A stretch of 64,000 bases of DNA from positions 931 through 64,930 of the IMG/VR virus record IMGVR_UViG_3300024308_000006, one strand, 5' to 3'. The notes under the pieces were generated by a model. It was not told the DNA's origin. It saw nothing but the letters and a program-made list of their open reading frames with translations, and did no database searches. Of this stretch, positions 18,388 to 28,590 are shown piece after piece; the stretch's first letter is position 1, and each line of letters opens with the position of its first letter. The stretch is from a virus. The position numbers and the translations under genes were made by a program.

Positions 18388-20283
18388 TCAATAGCTGTAG
18401 TTGTAGCTGGTCGAGGTACTGGTGCTCTTGCTGTCCGAGCTGCTGGCACTGCCCGAGCCACTGATACTCGCCGACACATGCGCGGCCGACATGGCGCCAG
18501 CGGCGAGCTGGGCGGTGTACTGACCGACCGCCTTTGCCGACTCCAGGGCGATCTGCGCTTGCTGAATCGCGCTCTGCATCTTTGCGGTGTACTCAGACAT
18601 CTGCATTTCCGAGTAGGCGATGTTGGTGCGCGATGTCATGTCGGCGAAGCGGGACTGCATCTCCGCATCCGACACGGCGACGCTTGCCTTCGCCCGCCAG
18701 GCCTCCACCTGCGCGCCAAACGCCGTCGTGACGAATTGCACCTGGCTGAGACTGGCTTCCAAGGTGGCCTTGAAGGCATCCACGTCGGCGAGGAACTTGG
18801 TCACTTTGGTGCGCGCTGCTTCCATCTTGATCTGCGCGCCCTTGACCTTGATGTCCGCCTTGTTCGCCAGCCCCTGGATGGTCGAAGCGTAAGCGCGGGC
18901 CTGGGCATCGAGCACGTCAGCCTTGGCCGACTCGCCCTGCACCTGGGCCTGGTAGGCGTCGAACTTCACTTTCTCGGCGCCGATCTGCTCGGCATACGCC
19001 TGCACATCCGCGCGGTAGGCATCAAACTGGTTCTTGATGGTGTCCGCGCGCACTGACGCGCCCTGCATCATCGCCTTGTACACCTCGACGTTCGATTGCA
19101 CTGCGTCGAGCTTGGCCTTGAACACGTCAACACGCTGCTGGTTGATCTGCCCCAGCGCTACCTGCCCATCAATCGCGGTCTTGTAGGCCGTGAGCTTGGC
19201 AATCGCTCCGTCCAGCTTGGTGCGGTACACCTGGGCCAGCGTCTCAAACGCCGCGTTCTGCGCATTGAACAGGCTGACGCGCGCGTTGAAGACGTTGATC
19301 TGGCTTTCGGCCGAGAAACGCGCAACCTCGAACAGGCGCTGGGCCATGTTCTGGTGCATGTTCTCGGTCAACTGCTCCAGGGCCATGCCCTGCTGCACAG
19401 CAAAGCGGATGTTCTCGATTTCCCAGGTCGCGGCCTGGACGAGAATGTCGCGGTTGAGCTCGGCCGCCTTTAGTCGGCCCTGCTCGCGGATCACGCCCAC
19501 CTGCTTGCTCAGCATGCCGGGCGGCATCGAGAAGTTGCGCGACGCCCAGGTATCGACCGCCTCCTGTACCGCGCGCTCCGTCTCGCCGCTGTCACGCTCG
19601 CGGGCACGGGCAAAAAGCGCGTCCTCGATGGGCGCCGGCAAGCCAGTTCCGCCCGCCATCATCGACTTTACTTTGGCCTGCAGGTCGTCCAGCACCTCGG
19701 ATGCGTACTGCGGCTCAGTCCAGTTGATAAACACATTGGGCACGGTGATGCCGCTGGCATCGGGCGGGGTCGCGTCAAAGGTCGGCAGCTCGGGGAATAC
19801 AAACTCCGGCAAACGAATCTGCTCCAGCGCCTCCATTTGCGGCATGGTGATCTGCGGCGCAGCAGGGATGTCGATGCTGGTATCAATGACCGGGCGCGCA
19901 GGTGCAGCGATGTCGCGCATGCCTGGCGCGGCAGGAATGTTGATCGGGATGAGTGCCGGCGCATCCGGCAGCGCATCCATGTCGCCCACATCCAGGCCGC
20001 TGAGCAAATCGTCGATGCTAAGGGCTGATGGCGCCGGTGGCAGCACCAGCGCCGGAGGACTGTAGGCGGGCATATCGCCCACCGTCACGCTCGGCGGGTT
20101 GGCCGCAGGCGGCACGATTCGCGCCGGCGCGGGCACATCTGCAACCTTGATGTTGCCAATCGTCGCTAAGGCCGCGCTGAGCTGCGCGCTATAGGTGCGC
20201 CCCAGCGCGTCAAGGTCGTTGATCTTGTCGGTGACGGTATCGACCGCCACCCCAAGGATGCTATCGGGTGCAATGCCCATCAC
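18388..20283 (-). CDS. 631-aa coiled-coil virion protein (possible ejection/internal protein)
   Basis: ORF-track ORF. The C-terminal two-thirds is an A/Q/K-rich heptad-like sequence. Overlaps both neighbouring late genes. Confidence 0.5.
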   Translation of the reverse strand: MMGIAPDSILGVAVDTVTDKINDLDALGRTYSAQLSAALATIGNIKVADVPAPARIVPPAANPPSVTVGDMPAYSPPALVLPPAPSALSIDDLLSGLDVGDMDALPDAPALIPINIPAAPGMRDIAAPARPVIDTSIDIPAAPQITMPQMEALEQIRLPEFVFPELPTFDATPPDASGITVPNVFINWTEPQYASEVLDDLQAKVKSMMAGGTGLPAPIEDALFARARERDSGETERAVQEAVDTWASRNFSMPPGMLSKQVGVIREQGRLKAAELNRDILVQAATWEIENIRFAVQQGMALEQLTENMHQNMAQRLFEVARFSAESQINVFNARVSLFNAQNAAFETLAQVYRTKLDGAIAKLTAYKTAIDGQVALGQINQQRVDVFKAKLDAVQSNVEVYKAMMQGASVRADTIKNQFDAYRADVQAYAEQIGAEKVKFDAYQAQVQGESAKADVLDAQARAYASTIQGLANKADIKVKGAQIKMEAARTKVTKFLADVDAFKATLEASLSQVQFVTTAFGAQVEAWRAKASVAVSDAEMQSRFADMTSRTNIAYSEMQMSEYTAKMQSAIQQAQIALESAKAVGQYTAQLAAGAMSAAHVSASISGSGSASSSDSKSTSTSTSYNYSY

Positions 20284-21434
20284 ACTCTCCTATTGGTTGG
20301 CGCCGAATCGACGCGCAGGTCATTGATCACGCCGCTGCGCGCCTGCATCTGCAGCTCAAAAGCGAAATGGCGACCACGCAAGCCCTTGCCCAAGATGAAG
20401 CGGCCGTTGGTGAGCTCGCCGGCCGGCTCCACTGCCAGCGGGTAGGTATAGGTCTGAGCGGCGCCGCTCTGCGTGGTGGTCACGGCCAGACTGGCAGTGC
20501 CGTCCAGGGCGTACTCAATGAATGCCTGATGCGGATGCACTAGCGCACCCTTGCCGACATCCATCTTGCCGGTCTTGATGCGCACCTCCAGCGCCTCGTC
20601 GTGAGCATCCATGACGTACACGCCGTCACTGGCGACGCCGTAGAGCTTGCCGTCGATCACCGCCAGGCCGTCGAAGGCGTGTGGTGCGTAGCGACTCATG
20701 GCCCAGCTGTCGGCGCCTGCCGTCCACGCCTGGCCAATAATCACATCGCTGACGGGCTGGCCCTCGATCATCGCGCCATCCGCCAGCAGATCGCGGGCCA
20801 GCAGCCGATCCAGCGCAGTCGCTGCCAGGCGCGCAGACTCGGCGATTACAGGCGCGGCCGCCTGGTGCGCGCCGGGCGCTTCGTCGCTCAGCGTGGCAGC
20901 ACTCACCGTCAGCGAGCGCAGCCGCGCCCTGCCGCTCGCCTGGTCGCCAGCCTCGACCGACTCCTGCACCAGCTCGACCGCAAACCGCGCCGAGAAATCC
21001 AGCGCCTTCGCCTGCTCCGTCAGCAGGTCGGCGACGCGGCGATGCGGCAGCGCCTGGTCAGCGGCCGTTGCGCGCTCGGTGGTGAGCGCGCGAGCGCTAT
21101 CCAGAGCCAGGCTCTGCGCCGTGGCGATTTCCGCGTGCAGCACGCGAAGCGCGCCGCGATGCCAGTCCACAGCGCGCACCGATTCCTTGACGGCCTGCGT
21201 AGATCGTTTCGCGTCCAGCACCTGATCGCTGGCCGACGCCTGGTCTGCGGCCAAGATATTCGCGCGGCCGCTCGCCGCATCGCTCGCAGCAATACTCTCG
21301 CTGTGCAGCACCAGCAGGCCAAACATCAGCGCGCTGGCGGCCTTGGCGGCCTCGCCGACCAAGGCGATCAGGCCGCCCCAGGTGGCATTGCTGGCGACCG
21401 CCGTTTCCTGCGTGTCGTCTCGGTAGTTAGCCAT
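20280..21434 (-). CDS. hypothetical virion protein (384 aa)
   Basis: ORF-track ORF in the late operon, with overlapping start and stop on both neighbours. Confidence 0.6.
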   Translation of the reverse strand: MANYRDDTQETAVASNATWGGLIALVGEAAKAASALMFGLLVLHSESIAASDAASGRANILAADQASASDQVLDAKRSTQAVKESVRAVDWHRGALRVLHAEIATAQSLALDSARALTTERATAADQALPHRRVADLLTEQAKALDFSARFAVELVQESVEAGDQASGRARLRSLTVSAATLSDEAPGAHQAAAPVIAESARLAATALDRLLARDLLADGAMIEGQPVSDVIIGQAWTAGADSWAMSRYAPHAFDGLAVIDGKLYGVASDGVYVMDAHDEALEVRIKTGKMDVGKGALVHPHQAFIEYALDGTASLAVTTTQSGAAQTYTYPLAVEPAGELTNGRFILGKGLRGRHFAFELQMQARSGVINDLRVDSAPTNRRV

Positions 21435-24030
21435 TGATCACCCCTATGTAATGCTGCGCGATCCGGTGGTTGGCCATCACCGAAAAGCCGTAGCGCGTGC
21501 GCTCGGCAGATTTACCGCCGCCGGTGTCCGACAGGCTGGCGTAACGCGCCACCCCGGCCGCGATCCTGACCGCATCCTGATAGAAAACATTGCCAAAACT
21601 GTCCGGGGATATTGAGTAGTGGAAGTCGCTTACTTCTTTGTCCGACAGCTTTTTGTACTGGTCGAGAATGCTGGTGTAATTGCCAAATTCCTCTGACTCA
21701 TCGCCTGGAAGTCTTTTGGAGTATTCATGGAAAGAAGGCCGCCTGGCGGTGTATCGCAGCGCACCACCCCAAATCTCGCCGTATTCCTCATGCCAGTCCG
21801 GGCCAGAGTTGAAGTAGGCCGTTTTATCAACTGGCGGCGTATCAAGCCACTCACCGTTATCCGCCCAGTCTGAGCAGTAGTTGGGCTCGTAATAATGCTT
21901 CATCACCATGAACGGGTTTGGCGGAGATGTGTCGTAGGGCATGTATGACCAGTCAAACCAGTCTTCTTGGGTGCCCCAAAAATCTCGGGTGTACCAGTCA
22001 TAGCTCCATGCGTGGTATTTGTTCGGATCGGTCACAAATAGACGCTCGGCCACCTCGGTTTTTTCGTCCGTCTTGGACGTTTCGTAGTAGCCGCAGACCA
22101 ATGCGCTGCGCTCCATGAATGGCGCGTAGCAATACATGCTGCGACTGGCCTGCCGGTGACGAACAACATTGGTTGTCCGCCCGTAATAACGACGACGCTC
22201 GAAGCGGAATACATAAGACCACACAGACAACAGCATGTAGAGGCTGCCATTGGTGTAGCCTAGATCGACGCCTTTTACGTTTGTCCTGGTGAACGATTCC
22301 GACACTTCTTTGCGCTCGTCGAAGTCAGTTGTGTATAAGTGGCCCTGCAGCTTCGGCGGCGATTGATATTGTGTCTTCTCCCACTTCCCGACGATCATGC
22401 AATCCTCAAAGTCCGACTCTTCGGTAACTTCAAGCTCTCGGTCGTCATAAAAGTATTTGACGACTTTCAGATCATCACCCAGGTAGTACCCGTAAATAAT
22501 CGTGTCGCACCTGGGGTATTTCTCGGGCGGGTCGATGTCATACAGCCCTTCGGTGGTATGCGAGATAAGCCCGCCTAGCACCGGCTCTGGAATTTTGAAG
22601 CTCGGCAGAACAGTTGGATAAATCCATCCCTGGCCGACCTTTGCGCAGTTGCCGATATGAGTGGCAATCGGCTCAATCTCAAGGCTGTCCCAGTAATCCA
22701 CGTCCTCCGCGCCATCGCGGCCAAGCCTGGCAATGATCTTCCCCGGATCGACGCGGCGCAGCTTGTACTTAATAGCGCGCTCGCGGTCACGGTTCTTGGA
22801 AAGCTGGCTGAGCAGCCCGCCCATGTAGGCATTGATCCGTGCCTGATCGGCCATGCCCTCGAAGGTGCGGCCCGCCACCCAGCCGCGATTCTCGGCCCTA
22901 CCGAAGCGCAGGCGCAGCTTGAAAGCCGCACAGAAGGGAATCGCATACTCGCCGCCGAAGCCGGTCGCGGTATTGAAGCCCTCCGTGCCGCTGCTATTGA
23001 ACGCCCAGCCGCAGGCCAAGCTAAGCGCATCCAGCGCGTAGAAGTCCTTGGTTTCGCAGACCTTGATGATGGCGCCGGCCCGGCGCCACGCCTCCATGCC
23101 GTCCTCGGTCGCAGGGAAGCCCTCTCCGGACGGAAGGCCGCCGAAACGATCAAGCGCCCACAGAATTTCGTTGTCGGCGACTTCCTCCATGTACTCGCGG
23201 AATGCCTGGGTCGCGGTCGCCGGAATGATCGGCAGCGGCATGGCATACACCCCGGCACGGCTTACCTGGGTCAGCCACGGAGCGCCAGCGGCATCGAAGG
23301 TAACGCCGTGCGTCTTGGTCGCCCGCATGTCGTAGACGAACTGACCGTCTTCAGGCGGTATGCCGAGATAGCCGGGCAGTCGCCGGTTCTCGATTTCCTG
23401 GGCGATCCGCTGCCGGTAACGCGCCGGGATCAGCAGACGCGCACGCTCGACACCTTCATCGGGAAGATCGTCGAAGTCCTGTCGCCCATAGCCGCCTGCG
23501 ATCTGCACCACCTGGGCCATCGCCCCCGTCCACCATGTCGGGCGCAGCCTGGCGTACTGCGTCATGTACGGCTCCAGCTCGCCACCGAACAGCTTGAGGT
23601 GGTTGGGAATGCGGCAGTTGAAGCGCGCCAGGCTCAGCCGTGCGGCGGCTTCCTCGCCCTTCACATATTGGCCAAGCCGGCGCTGCGTGGTGTTCGTGAC
23701 AGCCACATCGACAGGCTTCCCAGGCACGCCCATGCCGTTGTCAATGGCGCCACAGAACAGCATCGGCACATAGTCTTCGGCAATGCCCTCATGCTCGGGC
23801 TCGTCTCGCTCCACCTTCGGGTAGATCAGCAGGCGCACCACGCCGCCGGCGTCCTGGGCAATTGCCGTGGCGCCGCTCGGCAGAGTGCGAGCCATCTTGA
23901 GCGCGTCCAGGCGAGACACGCCCTTGAGATTGGTCAGGCGACGCAGCAGCAGCTCAGCGGCAGCCGCATCATCCTGATCCAGCTCGCCCTCGCCGTAGTA
24001 GAACCGGCCGTGAGGGCGGGGCTGGTGCAT
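21427..24030 (-). CDS. 867-aa tail-associated protein with a low-GC, aromatic-rich distal cassette (possible receptor-binding protein)
   Basis: ORF-track ORF. Nucleotides about 21560-22640 are about 48-50% GC versus about 64% in the rest of the gene. That segment is rich in Y, W, D and E. Confidence 0.55.
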   Translation of the reverse strand: MHQPRPHGRFYYGEGELDQDDAAAAELLLRRLTNLKGVSRLDALKMARTLPSGATAIAQDAGGVVRLLIYPKVERDEPEHEGIAEDYVPMLFCGAIDNGMGVPGKPVDVAVTNTTQRRLGQYVKGEEAAARLSLARFNCRIPNHLKLFGGELEPYMTQYARLRPTWWTGAMAQVVQIAGGYGRQDFDDLPDEGVERARLLIPARYRQRIAQEIENRRLPGYLGIPPEDGQFVYDMRATKTHGVTFDAAGAPWLTQVSRAGVYAMPLPIIPATATQAFREYMEEVADNEILWALDRFGGLPSGEGFPATEDGMEAWRRAGAIIKVCETKDFYALDALSLACGWAFNSSGTEGFNTATGFGGEYAIPFCAAFKLRLRFGRAENRGWVAGRTFEGMADQARINAYMGGLLSQLSKNRDRERAIKYKLRRVDPGKIIARLGRDGAEDVDYWDSLEIEPIATHIGNCAKVGQGWIYPTVLPSFKIPEPVLGGLISHTTEGLYDIDPPEKYPRCDTIIYGYYLGDDLKVVKYFYDDRELEVTEESDFEDCMIVGKWEKTQYQSPPKLQGHLYTTDFDERKEVSESFTRTNVKGVDLGYTNGSLYMLLSVWSYVFRFERRRYYGRTTNVVRHRQASRSMYCYAPFMERSALVCGYYETSKTDEKTEVAERLFVTDPNKYHAWSYDWYTRDFWGTQEDWFDWSYMPYDTSPPNPFMVMKHYYEPNYCSDWADNGEWLDTPPVDKTAYFNSGPDWHEEYGEIWGGALRYTARRPSFHEYSKRLPGDESEEFGNYTSILDQYKKLSDKEVSDFHYSISPDSFGNVFYQDAVRIAAGVARYASLSDTGGGKSAERTRYGFSVMANHRIAQHYIGVING

Positions 24031-24033
24031 GGC

Positions 24034-24645
24034 TTAGACCGTCAGGCTGATGCGATAGCCGATTTCGTAGGTGTCGCCATTCTGGAACACCCGCTCAGCG
24101 GCGTATTTGGTCGCGGAAATCAGCTTGCCAGTGGTGCCGCCGCGCGTGCTGTCGGTCAGCAGCGCCGCGCCGGTCACGTTGAGCGTGCCGCTGGTGGCGA
24201 TAGTGACGCTGGCTACAGCGGCCATGTTGTCGATGCTGTTGGTGGAAGTGCTGTTCGGCGGCGTCCAGGCTGGGCGGGTCGGGCTGGTGTAGCCCTCGGT
24301 CAGGCTGACGATTTCCGAAGCCACAGCAGCAAAGCTGGCGGCCGTCCAGTTGGCGGCCGGTGCCGCTGCGCCGGAGAACAGCGCCAGGTAGTAGCCTGCA
24401 GGCTTGGCCGCGCCGCCGAGCGCCACACTGAGGATGTGCGACAAGCCCTCCAGCACGATCAGATTGTCACCCTCCTTGCACCACTCGCCGCCGTTGACGC
24501 GGCCAAAGTATTCGCCACGAGCAAGGACTTGCTCGCCGAGGATTTTCGCAGTCAGCCACAGGCAGAAGGCATGACAGACCGCGCGCACAGCCGGCACGCA
24601 GGCCAGAGCGACCAGGGCCGCAAGAGCAAGAATGAAGTAGGACAT
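24034..24645 (-). CDS. hypothetical 203-aa protein with an N-terminal TM helix
   Basis: Start trimmed to ATG 24645 (MSYFILALAALVALACVPAV...), preceded by SD AAGGGG. The longer upstream ORF extension is Arg-rich and looks spurious. Confidence 0.6.
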   Translation of the reverse strand: MSYFILALAALVALACVPAVRAVCHAFCLWLTAKILGEQVLARGEYFGRVNGGEWCKEGDNLIVLEGLSHILSVALGGAAKPAGYYLALFSGAAAPAANWTAASFAAVASEIVSLTEGYTSPTRPAWTPPNSTSTNSIDNMAAVASVTIATSGTLNVTGAALLTDSTRGGTTGKLISATKYAAERVFQNGDTYEIGYRISLTV

Positions 24646-24713
24646 GATTACCCCTTGGTAAGTCATGCCGCACTCTTGCGCAGCGGATAGTTGGCCCGGA
24701 AATTCGGGATGAC

Positions 24714-25889
24714 TCAGGTTACTGCTGTTGTCAATCGGCGATCCAGCACTACAGACGTGCCGCGCTGGCCAGCGATCCCAGCCATCACGCCTGCATGCAC
24801 CTCGGCCAGGTCGCCGCCACTGGTGCCCATGACATAGCCGTTCTCGGCCAGCCACACAGCCACAGGCGATCCGCCTGGAGAGGCGTTGCTGCCGACCACC
24901 TCGGCAGGGACAAGGATCGCGCTGCCGGGGATCGGCGCGCGCGACGCCTTGCGGGAAAGACTCAGGGCGCCCGGCTCCGCCCCAGCAAGGAAGGCGACGT
25001 GATCGACCTGCCCGACCCAAATACCACCATCGACGGGTTGCACGAAGGTGATGCGCTGCGGCATCTGCACGAAACCATGACGCTCATCGTGCAGATGGTA
25101 GGCCAGCGCTTCCGACCAGCGCAGCACGTTGCCGTTGGCGACCAGCAGGCGGCCGCGCCAGTATTTCAGATACTTGCCAGTGGGCATGGGCGACAGGTGG
25201 CGGAACTGCGCCGGCCGGCCAAGATCCGGCAGCAAAGGCAGGCGGATGCTAGGCGACGCCAGAGCGTAGTCGCCGGCCAGCAACAGCTCGCCACCGTTCT
25301 GCCTGGTCAGGTACAGCCGCGCGCCGGTCACGCTGGCATCCAGGCACATCGGCAAGGTGACGGATAGAGCGCCCGCATCGCCCACCTCAGTAAACGCGAT
25401 CTCCGACTGTGCCGACTCCTGCGCTCCGCGCAGCCAGGCCACTGCCACGCCGTAGGTGCCGGCCGGCAGCGATCCGCTCTCAGCCATCACGAACGGCGGC
25501 GCCGGGGTGTCCAGGGTCAAGCGCTGGGCTACGCTGCCGTCGAAGGTGAAGATTCCGGCCGGCGCCGCGACAACCACCTGGTTGTTCAGCACCTCATGCG
25601 CAGCATCGCCCTCGCCCACGGCGGCCAGCACCCGATGCAGCCAGGTGGACGGATCGACCTTCACCCAGTCAGTGCCCAGCGTGGCAAAGGTGTCTCCATG
25701 CAGCGGGCTCTGCCACAGGTTGCGGTAGCGCTGCGCCGTGACCAGGCGAGCGCCTGGGCGAATCTCGGCCTTGCCAGCCGGGGTCACGTTGACGTTCAGC
25801 GCATCGCGCACAAACAGGCGCTCGCCCTGCAGTGCGGCGTCTTCGCCGACGTTGTTGATGCCGGCCAGCGGCATGATCGGAGTGTCCAT
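24714..25889 (-). CDS. hypothetical tail/virion protein (391 aa)
   Basis: Start trimmed to ATG 25889 (MDTPIMPLAGINNVGED...). ATGA overlap with the stop of the 899-aa gene. Confidence 0.65.
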   Translation of the reverse strand: MDTPIMPLAGINNVGEDAALQGERLFVRDALNVNVTPAGKAEIRPGARLVTAQRYRNLWQSPLHGDTFATLGTDWVKVDPSTWLHRVLAAVGEGDAAHEVLNNQVVVAAPAGIFTFDGSVAQRLTLDTPAPPFVMAESGSLPAGTYGVAVAWLRGAQESAQSEIAFTEVGDAGALSVTLPMCLDASVTGARLYLTRQNGGELLLAGDYALASPSIRLPLLPDLGRPAQFRHLSPMPTGKYLKYWRGRLLVANGNVLRWSEALAYHLHDERHGFVQMPQRITFVQPVDGGIWVGQVDHVAFLAGAEPGALSLSRKASRAPIPGSAILVPAEVVGSNASPGGSPVAVWLAENGYVMGTSGGDLAEVHAGVMAGIAGQRGTSVVLDRRLTTAVT

Positions 25890-28588
25890 CAGAAGGCTCC
25901 TTTGCGGTGTTGGTCGGAGTTTCCGTCCGGCCTTATGTACTGGCGCAGCACGCGCGCGTCGTGATAGCCGAATCGAGCAGAGCTGTGTCCTTGCGTCACG
26001 ATCCGGCGACTCGGGTACTTCTCGATTTCGCGGCGGGTAACGCGCATGCGAGCCGCAAAGTCGTTGATGTCGTAGCCAATGACCAGGCCATCGAAGCCCT
26101 GTATGCGCGCCTCGCGGACGCGATACGAGACAAACGCCGTGCCGTAGATGTCCGCTCGGTATCCGGCGGGGATTGTCGGCATCAGCGGCCCGACACGCAG
26201 CCCTTGCCACATATAGGGATTGTCCCCCACCAGGCGCGATCCCATGCGCTCGGCCAGGAAACCGGACGCGCTGACGGTTCGATTCTTGTGTTCCACTCGC
26301 GGCGCATTGAAGCCGGTGAAGCTGTAGCCTCCTGCGATCTGTGTCTGGATGCCGCGCGGAGGGCCGAAAGCTGCTTTTGCTGTGCCGAACAGAGTCGCCA
26401 GGAACGGCAGGTAGAAAGTCAGCTCAACCGTGCCAGGCACCATAGTCCGCCCCATGCGCAGGGAGTTGATGCCGGCCGGCGCCACCACTGTCCGCCTGTT
26501 CTGCACCCTTGGGCTGGGCATCTCGTTGTTGTAAAGGGTATGCACCCACGGGATTCCGCTGGCCGGGAGACTGCGATGCTGGTTGTTCACCTGCGCATTA
26601 CCCCACTGCACATCGGCGCCTCCCGCTCGGCGCCCGTCAATGACATGCAGCGGCCTGCCTGTGATGTTTGGGTGGTTCTCCATCGCCTGAGCCGGCGCCT
26701 CGGTCATCGCGTAGATAGTGAACGGGGACATCCTGTGCAATGGGTCGATCCTGTTCTCGTAAGGCGCCTTGATCGCGTACTTATCTTCGGGGTGTGTGAG
26801 CTTGATGTAGCGAATGCGCGCCTCCACGCGCGGCGATGCCACCGCCACCAGGTTGTGGTAGCTGAACTCAATGCGGATCACGTTGGATGTAACTCGCGCC
26901 ATGCCCCACAAGGTCGCTGGGTCTTCCGACTTTGCGTATAGCACGCTCTGGTTCATTGCCGGCTCCGGCACCTGCAGCCTTGGATCTACCTCGATGCCAT
27001 TGCCGTCGCCTTCGGCGCCCGTGAGCGGATTAACCGGCCCGCGTAGGCTGATGGTCTGCTCGGTGTAGGGCGGGGCGCCGGTTTTTGTCACCTTGAGCTT
27101 GTCGCTGATCACGGCCGAACTGATCCCGGCCAGCGGCAGAGCGCGGTCGCGGTAGGCGATACCTGGGCGCGGAATGATTTGTGTGAATGCTTCGCCGGTG
27201 GTCACGCGCCGCCATTGCAGGCGCACCAGGGCAGCGCCGAACTCTTCCGAGTTGCGCCCGCGCGTCACCAGTTCCGGCGTCAGATTGCGCACGCGCGGTT
27301 CGCCGTAGGCATCGGCCAGCGTCCAGCGTGGCGCGATGATGTTGCGGTGAATCGACAGGAAGGACGTGCCGATCCTGGCCATGTCGGCGCCAATGGGATC
27401 AACGTAGCGCCGGCGAAGTTTCAGCTCTGGCAGCGGGATTACTGGCGCCGCAAGGCCCGCTGCGCCCGTCAGGTCTATCGAGCGCACACCAAAGGCCACC
27501 ATCGGATAGCCGAACCAGCGGCTGTCCCAGCCGGTGAACTGGAAGTAGCGGCGCGTATTGACCAGCGAAGGCACGCCAAACAGCTTGGCTTCATAGCCCT
27601 TGCCGCCGAGCACGCGAGCGTCATTCAGCACGGTAAGCCAGTTGCTCAGATAGGGCGGCTCGATGCCGGCCAGCGGCAGGAAGCGCCGCCCGTAGGCCAC
27701 CATGCCAGCCTTATAGTCGGCCGGCATGCTCGGGGCGGCAATGGAGCCAGGCAGGATCGCCCTGGCGGCGTTGTAGATGCCCACGTCGCCATAGCGCGCC
27801 GCATTCTGGCCGAACACGCTCACCAGGCGATTGCGATTGCTGATGGCCGTCCACTGCGACCACGGCGGCGGGTTAAGGCCGCTATCCGGGTCGTAGCTCA
27901 TCGTGACGTACTGCCGCAGGTTCCAGGCTCGCGCCACACCCCAGCGCAGCGCCTCCTGGGTTCCGCCCGTGGCAAATCCGGCAGGCTGCACGATCTGCCG
28001 CAAGTTCCAGATCAGCGCCTGCCCGTAGCCACCTGCAAAGCCCAATGGGTAGAGGCGCTGAATCTCCGGCACCACGCGCGTGCCGAACAGCGTCGCCACG
28101 AAGCCGACCGGCAGCAGAAAGCGCAGGCCGCCAACCGTATGCGCAGTGGCATACTCCATATGGATGCTGGCCGGCGTGACATAGCGCTTCGCCAGGGTGA
28201 GTCTTGCCGTGCCTATGCCGGCAACTGTTGGCGCAGTCGGCGCCAGGTAGCGCCGGTAGTGCTCCACGCGCTGCGTGCCGTAGCGATCCGCCACGACACT
28301 GGCCGGGCGCGCGTAGGCGTTGCGATTGATGATTGTCGGACGGCCATAGCCATTGGCCGGCGCAATGCCGCGCCCAGGCAGATCGACAAACAGCGAGGCC
28401 AGGCGAATGCTTGTCGCCCCAATCGAAGCCGCGTCGAAACCAGGTGGGAAGGAATACTGATCAGTGCCGACCGGAGGGCCGCCGCCAGGAGCGAACTCCA
28501 GGGCGACCATGCTGCCGCTGGGTGGCGTATAGCTCCCCGCATTGAAGTCGAGCGCGACCTCATCACCCTGCGGCGGGACGTAGGACAT
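25889..28588 (-). CDS. 899-aa tail protein with internal repeats
   Basis: ORF-track ORF. Recurring roughly 45-aa pattern (..RV.N..R.V...G......G...V..). Function is not assigned. Confidence 0.6.
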   Translation of the reverse strand: MSYVPPQGDEVALDFNAGSYTPPSGSMVALEFAPGGGPPVGTDQYSFPPGFDAASIGATSIRLASLFVDLPGRGIAPANGYGRPTIINRNAYARPASVVADRYGTQRVEHYRRYLAPTAPTVAGIGTARLTLAKRYVTPASIHMEYATAHTVGGLRFLLPVGFVATLFGTRVVPEIQRLYPLGFAGGYGQALIWNLRQIVQPAGFATGGTQEALRWGVARAWNLRQYVTMSYDPDSGLNPPPWSQWTAISNRNRLVSVFGQNAARYGDVGIYNAARAILPGSIAAPSMPADYKAGMVAYGRRFLPLAGIEPPYLSNWLTVLNDARVLGGKGYEAKLFGVPSLVNTRRYFQFTGWDSRWFGYPMVAFGVRSIDLTGAAGLAAPVIPLPELKLRRRYVDPIGADMARIGTSFLSIHRNIIAPRWTLADAYGEPRVRNLTPELVTRGRNSEEFGAALVRLQWRRVTTGEAFTQIIPRPGIAYRDRALPLAGISSAVISDKLKVTKTGAPPYTEQTISLRGPVNPLTGAEGDGNGIEVDPRLQVPEPAMNQSVLYAKSEDPATLWGMARVTSNVIRIEFSYHNLVAVASPRVEARIRYIKLTHPEDKYAIKAPYENRIDPLHRMSPFTIYAMTEAPAQAMENHPNITGRPLHVIDGRRAGGADVQWGNAQVNNQHRSLPASGIPWVHTLYNNEMPSPRVQNRRTVVAPAGINSLRMGRTMVPGTVELTFYLPFLATLFGTAKAAFGPPRGIQTQIAGGYSFTGFNAPRVEHKNRTVSASGFLAERMGSRLVGDNPYMWQGLRVGPLMPTIPAGYRADIYGTAFVSYRVREARIQGFDGLVIGYDINDFAARMRVTRREIEKYPSRRIVTQGHSSARFGYHDARVLRQYIRPDGNSDQHRKGAF

Positions 28589-28590
28589 GC

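Noticed and set aside
24646-25020. Upstream extension of ORF 24034-25020 (328 aa).
   Set aside because: The extension is Arg/Gly/Cys-rich, overlaps the 3' end of the upstream gene in another frame, and lacks an SD. ATG 24645 has AAGGGG and gives a sensible TM-led protein.
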